From Anthoceros angustus (lineage: Eukaryota > Plantae > Anthocerotophyta): a stretch of 64,000 nt of DNA. Position 1 is the stretch's first letter. Every line of letters begins with the position of its first letter. The stretch is taken from positions 1,550,001 to 1,614,000 of the forward strand of contig VJWM01000063.1 of the NCBI GenBank assembly GCA_010909165.1, read 5' to 3'. A program made the translations under genes and the position numbers. Under the pieces are notes generated by a model. That model saw nothing but the letters and a program-made list of their open reading frames with translations, ran no database searches and was not told the origin of the DNA. Positions 62,001 to 64,000 of the stretch are shown here, piece by piece.

Positions 62001-64000
62001 TATCTTAATATTTCATAATTCTTAGCTTAACATTTAGATAGAAAGTGTTGAATGCTGTTCCAGAAGACAAGCAAGTACAAAAAGAATTAGAAGCTATAGT
62101 ATTGGAGATGGAAACAAGGAAAGAAACTCATGTTGAAGCTACACAAGATATGAACAAAGTGCATGAAGAAAAGATAGAAGAAAAGTTATATTTACCGATG
62201 CGTGTAGGTCCAATGGTATTTGAAGAGATTGAGTCTTCTCAAAGTACCATGCCTATCGCTCAAGACGTGCCCTTCAACACGAGCAAAAGAATATGGACAA
62301 GTTTACCACGAGAGCAGTCACAGGTTATTCAATACATTATGAGTATATTGTATAAACTTTGGCATATATACACAACCATGATTTCAAACTTGTTATAATA
62401 TTTTATTTTATTTTGGTTTTTGGGTCTCAGGGTTTGAATTCCCTCAATCAGGCATCAACTAGTAGGCAAATGAATCTTGGTGCACATGGATCTATGCAAG
62501 ACCACATTAAAATAGAAAAAAAGAAGATGATAAATGATCCGAAAGTCAAAGGAGACAATGCAGTAACGACTAACTGTTTCCTCAAATGTTTGAGTCAAGG
62601 GAATACCGAAGAAATAGCTTGTAAACAAGTGACAATGAAAGAGACAACCTTTGAAGAAGATATAGATGAAAATACAACAAATATTTCTTATAGTCAACCC
62701 ATTGATACAGAACATATAAGCTTGAAAGATAATGCTGAAGAAGAAAGAACTAAGGGAAATGATTTCTTCAGAAAAGGGAATCTGACAATAGCATTAGAAT
62801 GCTATAAGAAAAGCATCGAATTTAATCCCCAAGTTGCAGCTGTATTTGCCAATAAAGCATTGTGTCATTTAAAAGTAATCCTCATAAATATATAGGACTA
62901 CTTTCATTATACATGAATATTTTTAAACTTTCCTGAAACAAGTGTGCTACGTTCTCTTAAATTTTTAGATATACTCAAAATTTTACTTTCTTTATTTTTT
63001 AAATAGATGGGAGAATACAAACAAGCAACCATCAGTTGTGATGAAGCTCTGAAATTAGATCCTACATTTATAAAAGCGCGCTACAGAAGAGGTTTAGCTC
63101 AAGAAAAGCTAGGAAATATATCTGCGGCTTTGAGAGATTATGAGGTGAGGAGACGAAGTTATGAATGTCTCAAAAAGTTTTATTATGTATAATACTTGAC
63201 AATTTTTTGAACTATATTTTTAGGTAGTTCAAAAGTCTCAACCACAAGATAAGAAGCTTATGAAGCAAATTGAGGAGATCGAAAGAGCTATTTCTTTCAA
63301 TAAGAAGGAACGTAAATTTAGGGAGGTGGATAAACATGAAACTTATAATGAAGATTGTGATAACACATTTATAAAAGTCAAGAGCACTACAAGATATAAA
63401 ACTAGTGAAATAAGCTCATGTGCATCGTGCAAGAAGTTAGACGGCACAAAAAATATTGAAGAAACTCAAATAAAAGAAAATTTAAGCGAAACAAATGTTT
63501 CTCTAGAAGCTTTGAAGCTCGACGAATGTGGATCACTAACAGAAACACCAAGATCAATTTTGAAGTTAGAAGAATTTGGATCACTTACAGAAACACCAAG
63601 GTCAATATCTTCTCGGTGGGAGGAAAGACCTTGTACTACAAACAATGTGGACAATGATGTTAAGAAATCCACAAAGACATTACCACTTCCACCAACTACC
63701 GCTTTACAATTTGAGCGAGGATGTACTCGTCTACAAGATGAACTCGAGTTGTTACAAGAGTATGTTAGTCAAGTGGATTCAAATAAGTATCCAGAAATAT
63801 TCAAGGAATCTCTTAGTGCTGATATTATGCGACTTGTAGCTAAAATAATATGCAAAGCTTACATGCCTCATGAACCAAGGGTGCGTAATAACTTCAAAAA
63901 TAAGTACATTTGGTTAAGTAAAATAAGTTGTCTCTCTTGACTAATGCTGTTTCGTCTATTGTCACTCTCAGGGAGCTATACGAATACTCCAAGGACTAAC
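59065..64000 (+). CDS. SPAG1/RPAP3-like HSP70/HSP90 co-chaperone: three TPR clusters plus an RPAP3_C domain; 3' end beyond the window
   Basis: N-terminus DFDAFLSNIHTWQSSIKTTDQKL; YYEQWDKY. TPR1: EREKGNDLFKAKEY...SNRAAAYLK. TPR2: WRIKGNKSL...SNQAACYLRLERY...GYYRRG. TPR3: ERTKGNDFFRKGN...ANKALCHLK...ARYRRG. RPAP3_C: PTTALQFERGC...YPEIFKESLSAD. Many small GT-AG introns; first exons less certain. Confidence 0.88.

Overview
Gene-dense eukaryotic nuclear DNA from an early-diverging land plant. Short ~80-130 nt GT-AG introns, PLS-class PPR genes with a 'PGxSxWTD' box and a SPAG1-like triple-TPR gene fit a hornwort best (inference). Host genes in order: two paralogous PLS-PPR editing factors, plastid NFU, proteasome RPN8, a RING-H2 E3 ligase, a degenerate Myb/SANT relic, an AT-rich orphan gene, a short ASCC2-C-terminus-like gene head-to-head with cystathionine beta-lyase (which carries a 1.3-kb internal duplication), a GT32 alpha-1,4-glycosyltransferase, a CRT-like transporter, a matrix metalloproteinase lacking a cysteine switch, a CFL1-like WW/EAR/Zn-ribbon gene and a SPAG1/RPAP3-like co-chaperone. 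The standout is ~34.7-50.8 kb: an apparent large DNA transposon. Its + strand carries a Sola-like (DUF7869-type) DDD transposase. Its - strand carries a divergently transcribed ParB-like domain followed by a prokaryote-type beta-class DNA amino-methyltransferase (6mA/4mC family) with an atypical DLPR catalytic motif. That region is full of frameshifts and serial microhomology-bounded tandem duplications, which may be partly assembly artefacts. Family names come from motif recognition by eye; no database searches were run.
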